From a virus: a stretch of 64,000 nt of DNA. The notes under the pieces are model-generated. The model did not search any database. It was not told the origin of the DNA and worked only from the letters and a program-made list of their open reading frames with translations. Position numbers and translations under genes: made by a program. The stretch lies in the IMG/VR virus record IMGVR_UViG_3300027628_000012. One strand, given 5' to 3'. Positions 27,686 to 37,410 of the stretch are shown here, piece by piece (position 1 is the stretch's first letter; every line of letters starts with the position of its first letter).

Positions 27686-29573
27686 GTACTACACCTTCTT
27701 CCTTAAGCTTTTCTAAGGTATAAACTAATTCTTGATGTTTGTATTCAAGAAAGATACCAGCCATAAAGTGAGCGACTGTTGTTTCAGCTGCCATATTCGC
27801 AACGCCAGTACGGAAATCAGCATCTACAGGCTCAAGTAAACCATTTCCTAAAACTTTCTTAATGGATGTGTAAGGATCATCAACTTGTATTTGTTCAGCA
27901 TGCTCTTTCAGTACATCATCGGCAATCTCAGTAATTTGGGTAGTCATGGTGTGTTGTTGGTCAATGCCAGCTTCATCTAAAACACCTTGAGCATCACGTT
28001 CTTTCCATTTCCGTGCTAAAAAGCCATTTACACTTTTGAAGAAGTCTTTTTCAGAAGGATTGTCTTCATCATAAAGCTGATTCGATACAAAGCGAACGCC
28101 TTCATTCATTAGTTCCTCAGATACGTAAGCGGCGATATTGTCATGGAATTGAAGGAATACTTCATCTCCGTCATACGCTTTTGCTACGTCCAAGCCAAAT
28201 AGAATCTCTTCAAAAGAGAGGTTACCTTGAAATTCTTCAAATAAAATACTTTTGGAATTAACGCCTCGTATAAATTTCTCAAAGGTGAGGGGAGCCTGAT
28301 ACATCGTGTGTTCTTCTGAAGAAACGGTGTGGAGGATGGAAATCTTATTTAATGGATTTTCAGCAATACCATTACGTAACTCGAAATCTATTTCAATTTG
28401 CTTTAATAAGGCTTCAAGTTCATACCTAGCCCAATCTTCGCCATATCGTTCATTCAATACAACATCATAAGCAACAGGGTGAATATCAGGATCTTGGAAC
28501 AAGTCCAGGCTTTCTCGTTCGACTACTGGAAACTCTTCTTCAACTAGATCTTCTACAATATCTTCAAGAGAAGCAGCATCTTTTACGAAGTCGTCTTGAT
28601 CTTCATGAAACGTATCAAATGTAGCTGTCTCTTCTTCAGATGTACTAGCGGTTTGCTCTCGTGGTTTAGGAGCCTCCAGTTCCTCAGTTGTTTCTTTTGT
28701 ATGTTGTTTAAAGAAATCGATGAAAAACTGCTTGTCTTTCTTTTTAAACGCTTCATAACCTTCTTCATTCATTCGTAAGAGAGGTAATTGTTCAATTAGT
28801 TGCCCATTCCAGGTATAAACAACGCGGTCTGGTAAAAATCCTACATTGACTTCTTGATTAATTCGATGGAGACTCACATCTTCAGAACGATTCTCGTCAA
28901 ATAAATCAAAGATACTTGCTACTTTCGATAATTCATTTGGGTTAAAAAAGAAGTGACAATGTTCAAATGGTCGAATGGTATCAAAAGAAGGGTTAAGGGT
29001 GAATGTCACGTTATCTAAACCGCCGCTTGCTGTTTTCATCATACCGTCCATATGTTCAGCAGCTACTTTAACCAAGGCATCTTGTTTAGATATATAACTT
29101 GCTTCTTTTGCTTGCTGGTTATAACCACCTGCAGCTAGGAGACGTTGGGCAAAAGCTTGTTCTGCCAATTGCATTTCCATATTGATTTTATTTACTAATA
29201 AATCGCGGAAATAGTTAGCATTCTTCTTTTGAAATTCAGTACGCATATAAGGATTCATTTCATCAGTAGAGATGATTTCAAATACTTGGCCGTTAACACT
29301 GTAAATGACGTTAATGGGCGTGAAAACAATCTTCAAGTCCCTCATAATACTTTCAACCTGAGAATACGCATTATTTTCGATAGTACGATTCTTTAATTCT
29401 TGCTCTTGTTTTTTATCCTGTGACTTTTTGTAGTGAGCATTTGCAGCATAGCCACCAGCAATCGAGCCTAAAACGGAAGCAGGGTCAATGCTTAGGTTAA
29501 ATGCAACTTTCTCTGCAAAATCGCCATATATTCGATCAGCTAGTTTAACTTGTACATTTGGAATTTTAATCAA
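27678..29573 (-). CDS. Putative virion protein (631 aa), K-x-A-rich with an internal duplicated segment
   Basis: KLA, KVA, KEA, KTA motifs; LKIVFTPINVIYSVNGQVFEII resembles VNVGFLPDRVVYTWNGQLIEQL. Confidence 0.55.
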   Translation of the reverse strand: MIKIPNVQVKLADRIYGDFAEKVAFNLSIDPASVLGSIAGGYAANAHYKKSQDKKQEQELKNRTIENNAYSQVESIMRDLKIVFTPINVIYSVNGQVFEIISTDEMNPYMRTEFQKKNANYFRDLLVNKINMEMQLAEQAFAQRLLAAGGYNQQAKEASYISKQDALVKVAAEHMDGMMKTASGGLDNVTFTLNPSFDTIRPFEHCHFFFNPNELSKVASIFDLFDENRSEDVSLHRINQEVNVGFLPDRVVYTWNGQLIEQLPLLRMNEEGYEAFKKKDKQFFIDFFKQHTKETTEELEAPKPREQTASTSEEETATFDTFHEDQDDFVKDAASLEDIVEDLVEEEFPVVERESLDLFQDPDIHPVAYDVVLNERYGEDWARYELEALLKQIEIDFELRNGIAENPLNKISILHTVSSEEHTMYQAPLTFEKFIRGVNSKSILFEEFQGNLSFEEILFGLDVAKAYDGDEVFLQFHDNIAAYVSEELMNEGVRFVSNQLYDEDNPSEKDFFKSVNGFLARKWKERDAQGVLDEAGIDQQHTMTTQITEIADDVLKEHAEQIQVDDPYTSIKKVLGNGLLEPVDADFRTGVANMAAETTVAHFMAGIFLEYKHQELVYTLEKLKEEGVVRG

Positions 29574-29646
29574 TTAAGACACCCCTTTAATATTCGCTCG
29601 TGTTCATTAGCTTCATTCTAACAAAAAAAGCGCCTTGAAATGGCGC

Positions 29647-29952
29647 TTATAAAGAGCTATCAGACATAATAGATGAGTTGATTTTAATTGGAAAACGAGG
29701 TTCAAAACCATTGTCCGTTGTAAGAGCAGCCTCTATGTTTTGAGTGAAGAAGGCACGTATGCCGCCTTTTTCAGGATCATAAGCAAAGAGCTTTCCATCT
29801 TTAATTTCATAAGGCTCTATTTTACGAACAGATAGTTGATTGTCTTTGTCGCGGTATCGAATAGCAATCATCTGCTTGTTAGCAGCTCCATTCATAATGC
29901 TATTCCAACGCTCATGAGGGTTTTGGTCAGTGGGAAGTTTAAGAAGGTCCAT
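29647..29952 (-). CDS. Stand-alone WYL-domain protein
   Basis: IAIRYRDKDNQLSVRKIEPYEI...LFAYDPEKGGIRAFFTQNI follows the WYL (Sm/SH3-like) pattern I-x-Y...R-x-I-x-P...R-x-F. Confidence 0.7.
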   Translation of the reverse strand: MDLLKLPTDQNPHERWNSIMNGAANKQMIAIRYRDKDNQLSVRKIEPYEIKDGKLFAYDPEKGGIRAFFTQNIEAALTTDNGFEPRFPIKINSSIMSDSSL

Positions 29953-31426
29953 TTTTGGGGTTCTCCTCTCGTTTGCTTTTCATAGCCGCTAATCCGGCTA
30001 ATCCTCCTCCAGCGGCAAGTAAACCGCCAGCGCCAGCCTTCAAGCGAGCGTTCGCCGTCTGTGTTTCTAAACCTTTAACTGTATCGTCTAATTCGTTTTT
30101 TGCTTGGGTTGTGTAGCTATCAAATAGACGATTTGTAAATTGTCCTTTTGAATAATCATCTTTAGCTAAATTGCCGTAGTTCTCTTCTAATAACTTAGGA
30201 ATGTTTTCATTACGCAAACGAGTAGCGGCAACATCAGCGGGATTCTGACCCTTTAATTCATCGATTTGTTTACCATATCCCTTGAAATCTCTAGCAAACT
30301 GCTTTAAGCCATTGAAAGAGGGGAGAGCTGTCTTTTCCAAATCCTCTGTCTTTTCCTGGGCAAGACGTGGGAGACCGGATAAACCCATAGGCATAGCTGA
30401 ATGCTTATCGCCAGGTCTAGGTTGATCATCTTTTCCTAACTCAATAATTACGCGAGTAGATTGGTTATCTGTATCTTTATCAGTACCATCTTTAGGGGAA
30501 CGAGGATCTTGTCCATTTAAAAGCTTTGCTGTACCTAATGAGATACCAGTAAAACCAATACCACTAGCCACAGCTTCGGGAGTCTTCTTAGCAATGCCAC
30601 CGAGCCCTTTATATACATCAAGAGAACTAGCTGATTTATTCATCGAATTATCCTCCTTCTTTTTTAGAAAACTACCTGCATGATGAAAGGTATCTTCTAG
30701 CTTCTTTTGATTATCCGGGTCAGAAGATGCGCGATCTAGGGCATGAAAACCTGAAATGCCTGCGCCGAATGCGGTACCTGTCAATCCAGCACCTACCATG
30801 TCTTTTGCGACTTGTTTCTTATTGAATAAAGGTTTCGCATTTTCTTTCTTCCGAGGAGATTTATTAGTAATAGAGGCTTTATCTCCATATAGTTGTTTCT
30901 GAATTTCTTCATCACGAACCTTTTCGTACAAAACTCTTGCTCGTGCTTCTGGATCAGTATTAGGAAAACGGGTGGAACCATCTATTGCTTTATCAACAAC
31001 GTTACGACTCTGTTCTTGCTGTAAACGACGAGATACTTCATCACGAATACGTTTTTGGATTTCAGGGTTCGTATCTACTTCTTTAACGCCATTTCCTAGA
31101 ATAGCACCTAATTGGTCAGCACCTTCACGTCCTGTTGGTTTTGGCATCATTCTTAGGTTTTGAAGAACTTTTTTACCTACTTGATAACCAAACTTTGTTT
31201 TCATGCTACCGTTACGTTTTAAGTAATTCTCGAACCCTTTTCCTGCTGCACCTATAGCACGCTTACCATTACGGAAAGCACCGCTAAAATCACCTTTAAC
31301 AGCTAATGTACCAGCGCCAGTTAGAATCGTCCCTAAAGCGGCTAATTCTACGGTGTTTTGGAGCCATGAATCTTTATAGTTTAGATTCTTATCACTACGT
31401 TTAGGTTCCCACATGTTATCAGCCAT
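29939..31426 (-). CDS. Putative virion protein with Gly/Ala-rich hydrophobic segments
   Basis: ALGTILTGAGTLAV, GAGLTGTAFGAGISG, AGAGGLLAAGGGLAGLAA; KSA and KTA motifs. Confidence 0.55.
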   Translation of the reverse strand: MADNMWEPKRSDKNLNYKDSWLQNTVELAALGTILTGAGTLAVKGDFSGAFRNGKRAIGAAGKGFENYLKRNGSMKTKFGYQVGKKVLQNLRMMPKPTGREGADQLGAILGNGVKEVDTNPEIQKRIRDEVSRRLQQEQSRNVVDKAIDGSTRFPNTDPEARARVLYEKVRDEEIQKQLYGDKASITNKSPRKKENAKPLFNKKQVAKDMVGAGLTGTAFGAGISGFHALDRASSDPDNQKKLEDTFHHAGSFLKKKEDNSMNKSASSLDVYKGLGGIAKKTPEAVASGIGFTGISLGTAKLLNGQDPRSPKDGTDKDTDNQSTRVIIELGKDDQPRPGDKHSAMPMGLSGLPRLAQEKTEDLEKTALPSFNGLKQFARDFKGYGKQIDELKGQNPADVAATRLRNENIPKLLEENYGNLAKDDYSKGQFTNRLFDSYTTQAKNELDDTVKGLETQTANARLKAGAGGLLAAGGGLAGLAAMKSKREENPKNGPS

Positions 31427-31441
31427 GTTACCACCTTCTTT

Positions 31442-31729
31442 CTAATTTTTATTGTAGGGATTAGCGGATTTCATTGGAGATGAAAATTTAGGCTTTGAAC
31501 CATTGACTCTCATTTTTGGTAAGGTGGGTAAATCTGTATTCGTCAGATCGGGAGCTGGTTGAGAAGGACTTGTTAAGACAGGTGGTTTATTTGTTCCTTT
31601 AAGTTTTGGAAAAAGAGGGGTAGTAGGAGGTTTAATGCTATCAAGTGAAGGGAGCTTCGGGAGTGCGGCTTGTTTATCGAGCATCATTCGCAAATTCCGA
31701 GCTCTTCTTTGAATATCCAATGTCATCAC
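31442..31729 (-). CDS. Pro-rich small protein
   Basis: RBS AAAGGTG; LDKQAA motif followed by a low-complexity Pro/Lys tail. Confidence 0.55.
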   Translation of the reverse strand: MMTLDIQRRARNLRMMLDKQAALPKLPSLDSIKPPTTPLFPKLKGTNKPPVLTSPSQPAPDLTNTDLPTLPKMRVNGSKPKFSSPMKSANPYNKN

Positions 31730-31789
31730 CTTTCTTTTTTACAGCTTCATATATACATATTGTAAAGGATTTTACCTAACAGAGGGCAT

Positions 31790-31815
31790 AAAAAAACGCC
31801 CAAATAAGGGCGTTT
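31790..31815 (-). terminator. Rho-independent terminator
   Basis: AAACGCCC/GGGCGTTT stem with an A-run on + (U-run on -). Confidence 0.75.
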
Positions 31816-31832
31816 CCTTTAGAAATAAATGC

Positions 31833-33449
31833 TTATCGACCATATTGGTTAAGGAAGCTTTCAGCTTCAGCATACGCCTCAATAGCTGCTTGCTTTTGAA
31901 GTTGAGCTTGCTCAAGTAAGTGAGCTGTTTTATCAACATCATACTTACTAGGATTGTTTGTTACGTTATATCCAGCAGTGTCTTGAGCTTTTGTTGATCC
32001 AGGCTGTAAGTTACCTGTTTCAGTTTTACGTTTTTCTTCATCAATGTGTTCTTCAACTTGCTTTTTAGCGTCAGTTAATGCACCGCCAACACCCTTCGCG
32101 GCAACACCGTCAGCGCCTGCAATTTTTTCTAGTTCATCAGCAGAAGCATCATGAGCTGCAATGAAAAAAGCTACTTTATCGAATAATTCTTCATTGTGCT
32201 TTCCAGCTACGATTTCATGTAGTTGGTCTTCAGAATACAGTTCTGTTGCTACCTTTACGAATGCGTCTTCCATTTCTGCTCTGCTTAAACGAGAGATGTG
32301 ATTGAATTGTTCTGCTGCTTCTTTACGTAATTCATCTTTAAATTCTTCGTTATTAGCAATGTTTAATAGTCCAGCGGCACCTGCAATTTTTAAGAAATCT
32401 TGAACAACTGATTGTTTCATGGCTTGTTTGCCTCCTTCATAATAATTACCTTTATTTTGATAACTAGCTGTTTTCGAAGCTTCTTCTTCGTCAGGGTGGG
32501 TAGCATCATAGATCTTTTTACCGCCGAATAAACTACCGGCTGCTAGACCAGTACCACCAGCTCCCCAGCCAGCTCCTCCCATTACAACTTTCTTTTTAAT
32601 GTCATCTACATTTTCATTAGCAGCTGAAGAAGCCTTTGTTGCATCAACCTGCTTCTGTCTAAGGTTTGTTAACTCTTCACCAGTGGCATTAACATTATCT
32701 GCTGCTGTAACAGCATTAGTAGTAGCTTGTGAAGCTTCTTGAGCAAGACGGTCAGCTTCAGCTTTAGCAACGCCTAATTCATTTCTAAGTTTCCAGAAGT
32801 TTTTAGTAGCGTCGCCAAATTCTTTGATCGTATCAACAGCTTTACCAATTACGCTGCCAGCTTCAAAAGCTTCTTTAGAAAACTCTTCATCATTAGCAAA
32901 TGAATCAAGAGTCTCGACTACATATTCCATACCTTCTTGCGTATATAGAGCATTAAGGTTAGCTTCATCTTCAAAAAGCTCAGTAGCCGTCTTTTGTAAT
33001 GTTTCATAGAATGAATCTTCGCTAGATAAAGCGGTTTGAAGTCGTTCTTTAGCGATTTTGTGGAGAATAGGGTCTGAATCTGAATTAGTGGAAAAATCGA
33101 TGAGTTTTGCGAAGGCACCCATTGCTGGAAGAGAGTCACTAATAACTGGAGCTGCTACTTTCTCAAACTCGTTGTATTGCTTCTCTACTTCAGCTAAATG
33201 TTCCTGGGCTGCGTGGAGTTCTTGTTCTGCTGAATCAATCGTATCATTTAGAGCTTCTACATCTTCAGGAGAAGGGGGAAGCTGTTCTTCAGCATCACTT
33301 GAATCAGCAGGTTCTGAGTTAGCTGCTTGTTCTGCCTCTATTTCCTCTGGTGGAATAGGGGGCTTGGGATCTTCTAACATAGGATCTTGATTGTCCTCAG
33401 GGATAATTTCATTAGCAATTTTCTCTAAATCTTCAAGATAGTTATCCAT
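31833..33449 (-). CDS. Putative virion/head protein (scaffold- or ejection-like), 13 K-x-A motifs
   Basis: Acidic helical protein with KIA, KVA, KTA, KEA, KQA repeats and a Gly-rich GGAGWGAGGTGLAAG segment. Confidence 0.55.
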   Translation of the reverse strand: MDNYLEDLEKIANEIIPEDNQDPMLEDPKPPIPPEEIEAEQAANSEPADSSDAEEQLPPSPEDVEALNDTIDSAEQELHAAQEHLAEVEKQYNEFEKVAAPVISDSLPAMGAFAKLIDFSTNSDSDPILHKIAKERLQTALSSEDSFYETLQKTATELFEDEANLNALYTQEGMEYVVETLDSFANDEEFSKEAFEAGSVIGKAVDTIKEFGDATKNFWKLRNELGVAKAEADRLAQEASQATTNAVTAADNVNATGEELTNLRQKQVDATKASSAANENVDDIKKKVVMGGAGWGAGGTGLAAGSLFGGKKIYDATHPDEEEASKTASYQNKGNYYEGGKQAMKQSVVQDFLKIAGAAGLLNIANNEEFKDELRKEAAEQFNHISRLSRAEMEDAFVKVATELYSEDQLHEIVAGKHNEELFDKVAFFIAAHDASADELEKIAGADGVAAKGVGGALTDAKKQVEEHIDEEKRKTETGNLQPGSTKAQDTAGYNVTNNPSKYDVDKTAHLLEQAQLQKQAAIEAYAEAESFLNQYGR

Positions 33450-34397
33450 TTACTTCACCTCGCTCCCGGTAGTGACCGGCTGTTTTGCTAGAGCTCCTTG
33501 TTGAGATTCTGTCTCTAACTTTCGTGCTAAATTAATAAGTGCAGAGAAATCAGATACATCTACAGTCGGCTGAACCTTCACTTCTTTCACCTTAGTAGTG
33601 TCATCGGCTTGTTTCAGCAAACTGTACTCACCTAACAAGTGACTGGCCACCTTTTCTGTAGGATTCTGACTCAATGTTACCACAAAATTAGGACGTGAAC
33701 GTTTGGTTTTAACCATATGTTCTGCAATGGTTGAAGCCTTCTTTATAATGGCATCCTTATCTTCATCAGTGAAAGGAACATCAGATAAAAGAGTATTAAA
33801 AACCTCATTCCCATTTTTATATTGACGCTCAGACATAACAATCGAATTAGCTATTTTAAAGATAGTACTTTGTTTTTCCTTCTCTTGACGAGCTTTAGCA
33901 CGTTCATCTTGTTTCTTTTGAACAGCTGCTACTTTGCTCATGTATTTTTCATGACGCTCTTTGACGTTGGAATGCGGTGTGTGAATAGGGGAGGTCTCAA
34001 TTTGTACGGATGCTGCTTTCTGCATTTCACCCTTACCAGGACCACCACTAGGTAAGTTAGGGTTTGTGATTTCAGGTGGAGCAGAAAAGCCCATCTCCTC
34101 AATCACTCCGCTTAATGAAGCAATAGGGAAGGTGATACGTCTATCGTTTGATGAACGTAGTTGATCGTAACGCTTGTTATAAGCGATGGTGTTACTTTCT
34201 TCAACTAAACGCTGAATCTGTAAACGGTTAAATCGCTCACGTTTTGCAAGAACAGCAATGATCTGATTTAAGGTCTTATTACTAGAAAGACTTTCACTAG
34301 CTGCTTCTTCAGCTAAAGCTACAATTTTTTTCTGAAGTTGCTTACCTTGAGCTATTTCGGATGCAATATCTGTTTTTTTATCACGCTCTGGAATCAT
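33450..34397 (-). CDS. Putative virion protein (315 aa)
   Basis: ATG 34397 after AAAGGAGG (the track's longer ORF overlaps the terminase); several K-x-A motifs. Confidence 0.55.
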   Translation of the reverse strand: MIPERDKKTDIASEIAQGKQLQKKIVALAEEAASESLSSNKTLNQIIAVLAKRERFNRLQIQRLVEESNTIAYNKRYDQLRSSNDRRITFPIASLSGVIEEMGFSAPPEITNPNLPSGGPGKGEMQKAASVQIETSPIHTPHSNVKERHEKYMSKVAAVQKKQDERAKARQEKEKQSTIFKIANSIVMSERQYKNGNEVFNTLLSDVPFTDEDKDAIIKKASTIAEHMVKTKRSRPNFVVTLSQNPTEKVASHLLGEYSLLKQADDTTKVKEVKVQPTVDVSDFSALINLARKLETESQQGALAKQPVTTGSEVK

Positions 34398-34440
34398 CGT
34401 AAATCCTCCTTTGTAGATTGATATTGTAATTGTACTATTA

Positions 34441-36084
34441 TCAAGAAGCACGAACAGATGTAAAGCCTCTCTTCTTGCTTTTTCCTTCTGGTGTAAAGCT
34501 TCCTTGTTTGTACATAAGAGAAGCAAACCAAGCATAAAAAGTAGAGTGGTAAGCGTCATCTGGTTGTGATAAAGCGTGTCCATAAAATAATTTCTCCGCT
34601 AACCCATTTGTAGACTTGCGGTACTCACTGTAAATAGCAGTGAAATTATCATGGAATACGTTAACCATACCTTCATCATTTTTTCCAAAAAGACGTAGGT
34701 TTCCATCGTGTGCAAAGTCCACAAAGTCAGTCATCCAATCGGATCTCTCGATAAGGAATTTAAACTCGTTCTGATCATAGTTGATTTTTTTCTTTTGCTG
34801 ACCTACATATTGTACTTGTGCAAAGCGTTTACCTAATTGTTTACGCAATCTTTTATTCTCTTTAACACCAGCCCCGTAGTCGGCTATGATATAACGGCAT
34901 CTAAATGAATCTACTACATTATGAATAGTTTTCATCTGAAAGTCAGGGTCTAGTTCCTTGCCTTTTTCGAAACGTTTAGCATAAAGAATTTGAAATTTAC
35001 CTTCAGGGTTGTAAGCACCAACAGTTAAAACAGTATATCCCGTTCCACTCTCACCATTCTTTTCGCCTTCGCCCCAATCAATACCTAAAAAAGTTGGTAT
35101 GTTGGCAAAAGTTGAGTTTGTAATAGTAGTCATCATAGAGAAATCACGGTCAGTAATCTCCATCATGAAATCTTTTGTAAATGGTTTATCCGCTTTTTCG
35201 TAAGATTCGCCAAGTACTTCGTTCTTTAAGCGTAAGAGAGGGTAGTTTTCAATCTTGTCGAAGATATCGCCCGGGTTAATATCCGGCACCATCATTTGTG
35301 TAATACGGAAACCTTTTCGTTTCTTTTCTGGATTACGATGTTCCCAGCGGCCCATTGCACGAGCGATATCAGGAAGAGGTTTATGACATCGAGGGTTTCG
35401 GCAGATGAATTGAGTAGGAGTAACACTTTCTATTCCTAAAACTTGATGCTTAGAACAATGAGGACAACGGATAACCCAATCTGCTTGAGAAGATCCGTCC
35501 CATAATTGTTGTATGGTGTTCGCGAACGTTTTGGGAGTACCAGTGTAGATGCGGTGCTTCTTTTTAGCACGGGCTTGAGTCTCTAGTATGACGGGGATAG
35601 AATCTACGTTAATATCCTGAATTTCATCGATACAGACATCCTGAATACTGAGTCCACGGATATTATCTGCATCGTCATAGCAATTGCGCATATAGATTTC
35701 AGCGCCGTTTAAAAATTCTTTATGAAACACTTGATCTACTAAGTCAGAGCTCTTGTAACGCTTGCGTACCAAGTCATTTTGACTGTAACGGAATAGTTTA
35801 TCTAAACGTGCTCTAGAGAAGGTTTTTACTTGTTCATTTAGAGGAGCAACATATAGAGAAGTGGAGAAGGGGCGAAGAAGTACGTTGTTTGCCATTTTGA
35901 CAGAAATAGTGGTTGTCTTTTCTACTTGTCGTCCTGTCATCATAAGGATTTCTTCCAGTTCGGCCTCGTGAATAGGCTTTAAATAATTTCTTCCCTGTGT
36001 GAAGCGTAAGGGCTGACCGTTTAGCTTGTACATCGATTCAGCAAAGCCCATTGGCTTTATATCAATGCGATCAATTAGGGCCAT
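34441..36084 (-). CDS. terL: Terminase large subunit (lambda GpA-like architecture)
   Basis: MTGRQVEKTT (Walker A-like), VCIDEIQD (Walker B), GTPKT coupling motif, CPHC...CRNPRC Zn site, FLGIDWG RNase H nuclease; ATG 36084 after AGGTG. Confidence 0.88.
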   Translation of the reverse strand: MALIDRIDIKPMGFAESMYKLNGQPLRFTQGRNYLKPIHEAELEEILMMTGRQVEKTTTISVKMANNVLLRPFSTSLYVAPLNEQVKTFSRARLDKLFRYSQNDLVRKRYKSSDLVDQVFHKEFLNGAEIYMRNCYDDADNIRGLSIQDVCIDEIQDINVDSIPVILETQARAKKKHRIYTGTPKTFANTIQQLWDGSSQADWVIRCPHCSKHQVLGIESVTPTQFICRNPRCHKPLPDIARAMGRWEHRNPEKKRKGFRITQMMVPDINPGDIFDKIENYPLLRLKNEVLGESYEKADKPFTKDFMMEITDRDFSMMTTITNSTFANIPTFLGIDWGEGEKNGESGTGYTVLTVGAYNPEGKFQILYAKRFEKGKELDPDFQMKTIHNVVDSFRCRYIIADYGAGVKENKRLRKQLGKRFAQVQYVGQQKKKINYDQNEFKFLIERSDWMTDFVDFAHDGNLRLFGKNDEGMVNVFHDNFTAIYSEYRKSTNGLAEKLFYGHALSQPDDAYHSTFYAWFASLMYKQGSFTPEGKSKKRGFTSVRAS

Positions 36085-36098
36085 AGTAATCACCTAAT

Positions 36099-37283
36099 CT
36101 AATCAAAACCGAGAATTTCATCATCTTCATACACATCATCCTCATCAGGTTCATTGCGTTTTTTATTGATTTGTCTATATGCAAAATGAGCTTCTCTTTC
36201 CTCTTGTTCAATACGGTCGAGTGTTGGCATGATAACCTCAAGCATTTCCTCATTAACAGATTTGTTGGAAGTTTGATTAAGTGTATCGTCAATACTCATA
36301 ATCTTATCTGTTGCTTTAGCCATCATCGTTACGATGCTATTAAGCGGGCCAACAATCTCATCCTCTGTACGTTCATCTAAATCCCTAAAGCGTTTATGAG
36401 CACGAGTCATTACATCTGAAAACATTTCTCTCATATCCGTTACTTCTAAAACAGCTGCATTGTAAGAAGAATTTATATGAACACTGCTTAACTTATTGAT
36501 TAATTTAGTAAGTTCATCATTCTTCTCACTCATTTTAGAAATAATCTCAAAGCGTTCACCGACACTAAAATCAGATTTAGGGCGGTTTTTCACTTCAAGC
36601 AAACGATCTGCCAATAAATCTTTTTCATCCTGTAAGGTATCCAATAACCTTTGAACGTCCTGGCGTTTTACATTAAAAAAGGACTTAGCGTAGGCTTTAA
36701 TTTCATCAGCAGTCACTTCCATATCGTAACGCTGATATAGATGTGCCTCGATTTGTTTAGGGGAATAACCCTCGATTAATAAATGTTCAATTACGTACCT
36801 TCTGGGATTCTGAAGAATTTCTACTAAATCAATTGGTTTTTCTTGAGGAATAATAGGGTCTCCAGTAGAAGGGTGATTTGGAATGTTAGCGGGGGTTCCG
36901 TAATGTTCAACAATCTCTTCTGCGAAAAACTGTGTGATCTCCATATAATTTAATAAATCTGCAAAGGCTACACGATCTTTCTCAGAGTTGCCAAACGTTT
37001 CACCAAACGTAAGAGGGGCATCTGTCAGTTCACGAGAGTATTTTTTATAATATTTTCCGAGCTTATACTTTTTAATAATCGGAAAAAGAACTTCTTGAAA
37101 GTAAATCTCAAAATCTTCTTTTTCGTTCCACGCTAATCCTAGTCGCATGAGTTCACGCCGTACACGTTCAAAAGACCATCTCTTAAGTAAAAGGTATCGA
37201 ATATAGCCCACATATGCTTTTGACTCAATAGATCTAATGAGCGAACGGTTCTCAGGAGTAATTTTATTAAAGTGTACTATCAT
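36099..37283 (-). CDS. Hypothetical protein, candidate terminase small subunit
   Basis: Immediately upstream of terL; helical with HTH-like segments and a coiled coil. Positional inference only. Confidence 0.35.
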   Translation of the reverse strand: MIVHFNKITPENRSLIRSIESKAYVGYIRYLLLKRWSFERVRRELMRLGLAWNEKEDFEIYFQEVLFPIIKKYKLGKYYKKYSRELTDAPLTFGETFGNSEKDRVAFADLLNYMEITQFFAEEIVEHYGTPANIPNHPSTGDPIIPQEKPIDLVEILQNPRRYVIEHLLIEGYSPKQIEAHLYQRYDMEVTADEIKAYAKSFFNVKRQDVQRLLDTLQDEKDLLADRLLEVKNRPKSDFSVGERFEIISKMSEKNDELTKLINKLSSVHINSSYNAAVLEVTDMREMFSDVMTRAHKRFRDLDERTEDEIVGPLNSIVTMMAKATDKIMSIDDTLNQTSNKSVNEEMLEVIMPTLDRIEQEEREAHFAYRQINKKRNEPDEDDVYEDDEILGFD

Positions 37284-37370
37284 TGTGCTCCTCCTTTCTG
37301 CGACTTCTTATTACGCTTATTGTATAGCAAAATTACCCTATTTTCTTTTCGGTTTATCCTATAAAACACG

Positions 37371-37397
37371 AAAAAGCCCCGTCAATTGACAGGGCTT
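37371..37397 (-). terminator. Rho-independent terminator
   Basis: AAGCCC...GGGCTT stem with an A-run. Confidence 0.7.
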
Positions 37398-37410
37398 GTA
37401 ATTTATTCAA

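Noticed and set aside
33450-34583. 377-aa version of the ORF overlapping the terminase 3' end
   Set aside because: A strong RBS (AAAGGAGG) supports ATG 34397; the upstream extension is out-of-frame terminase sequence.
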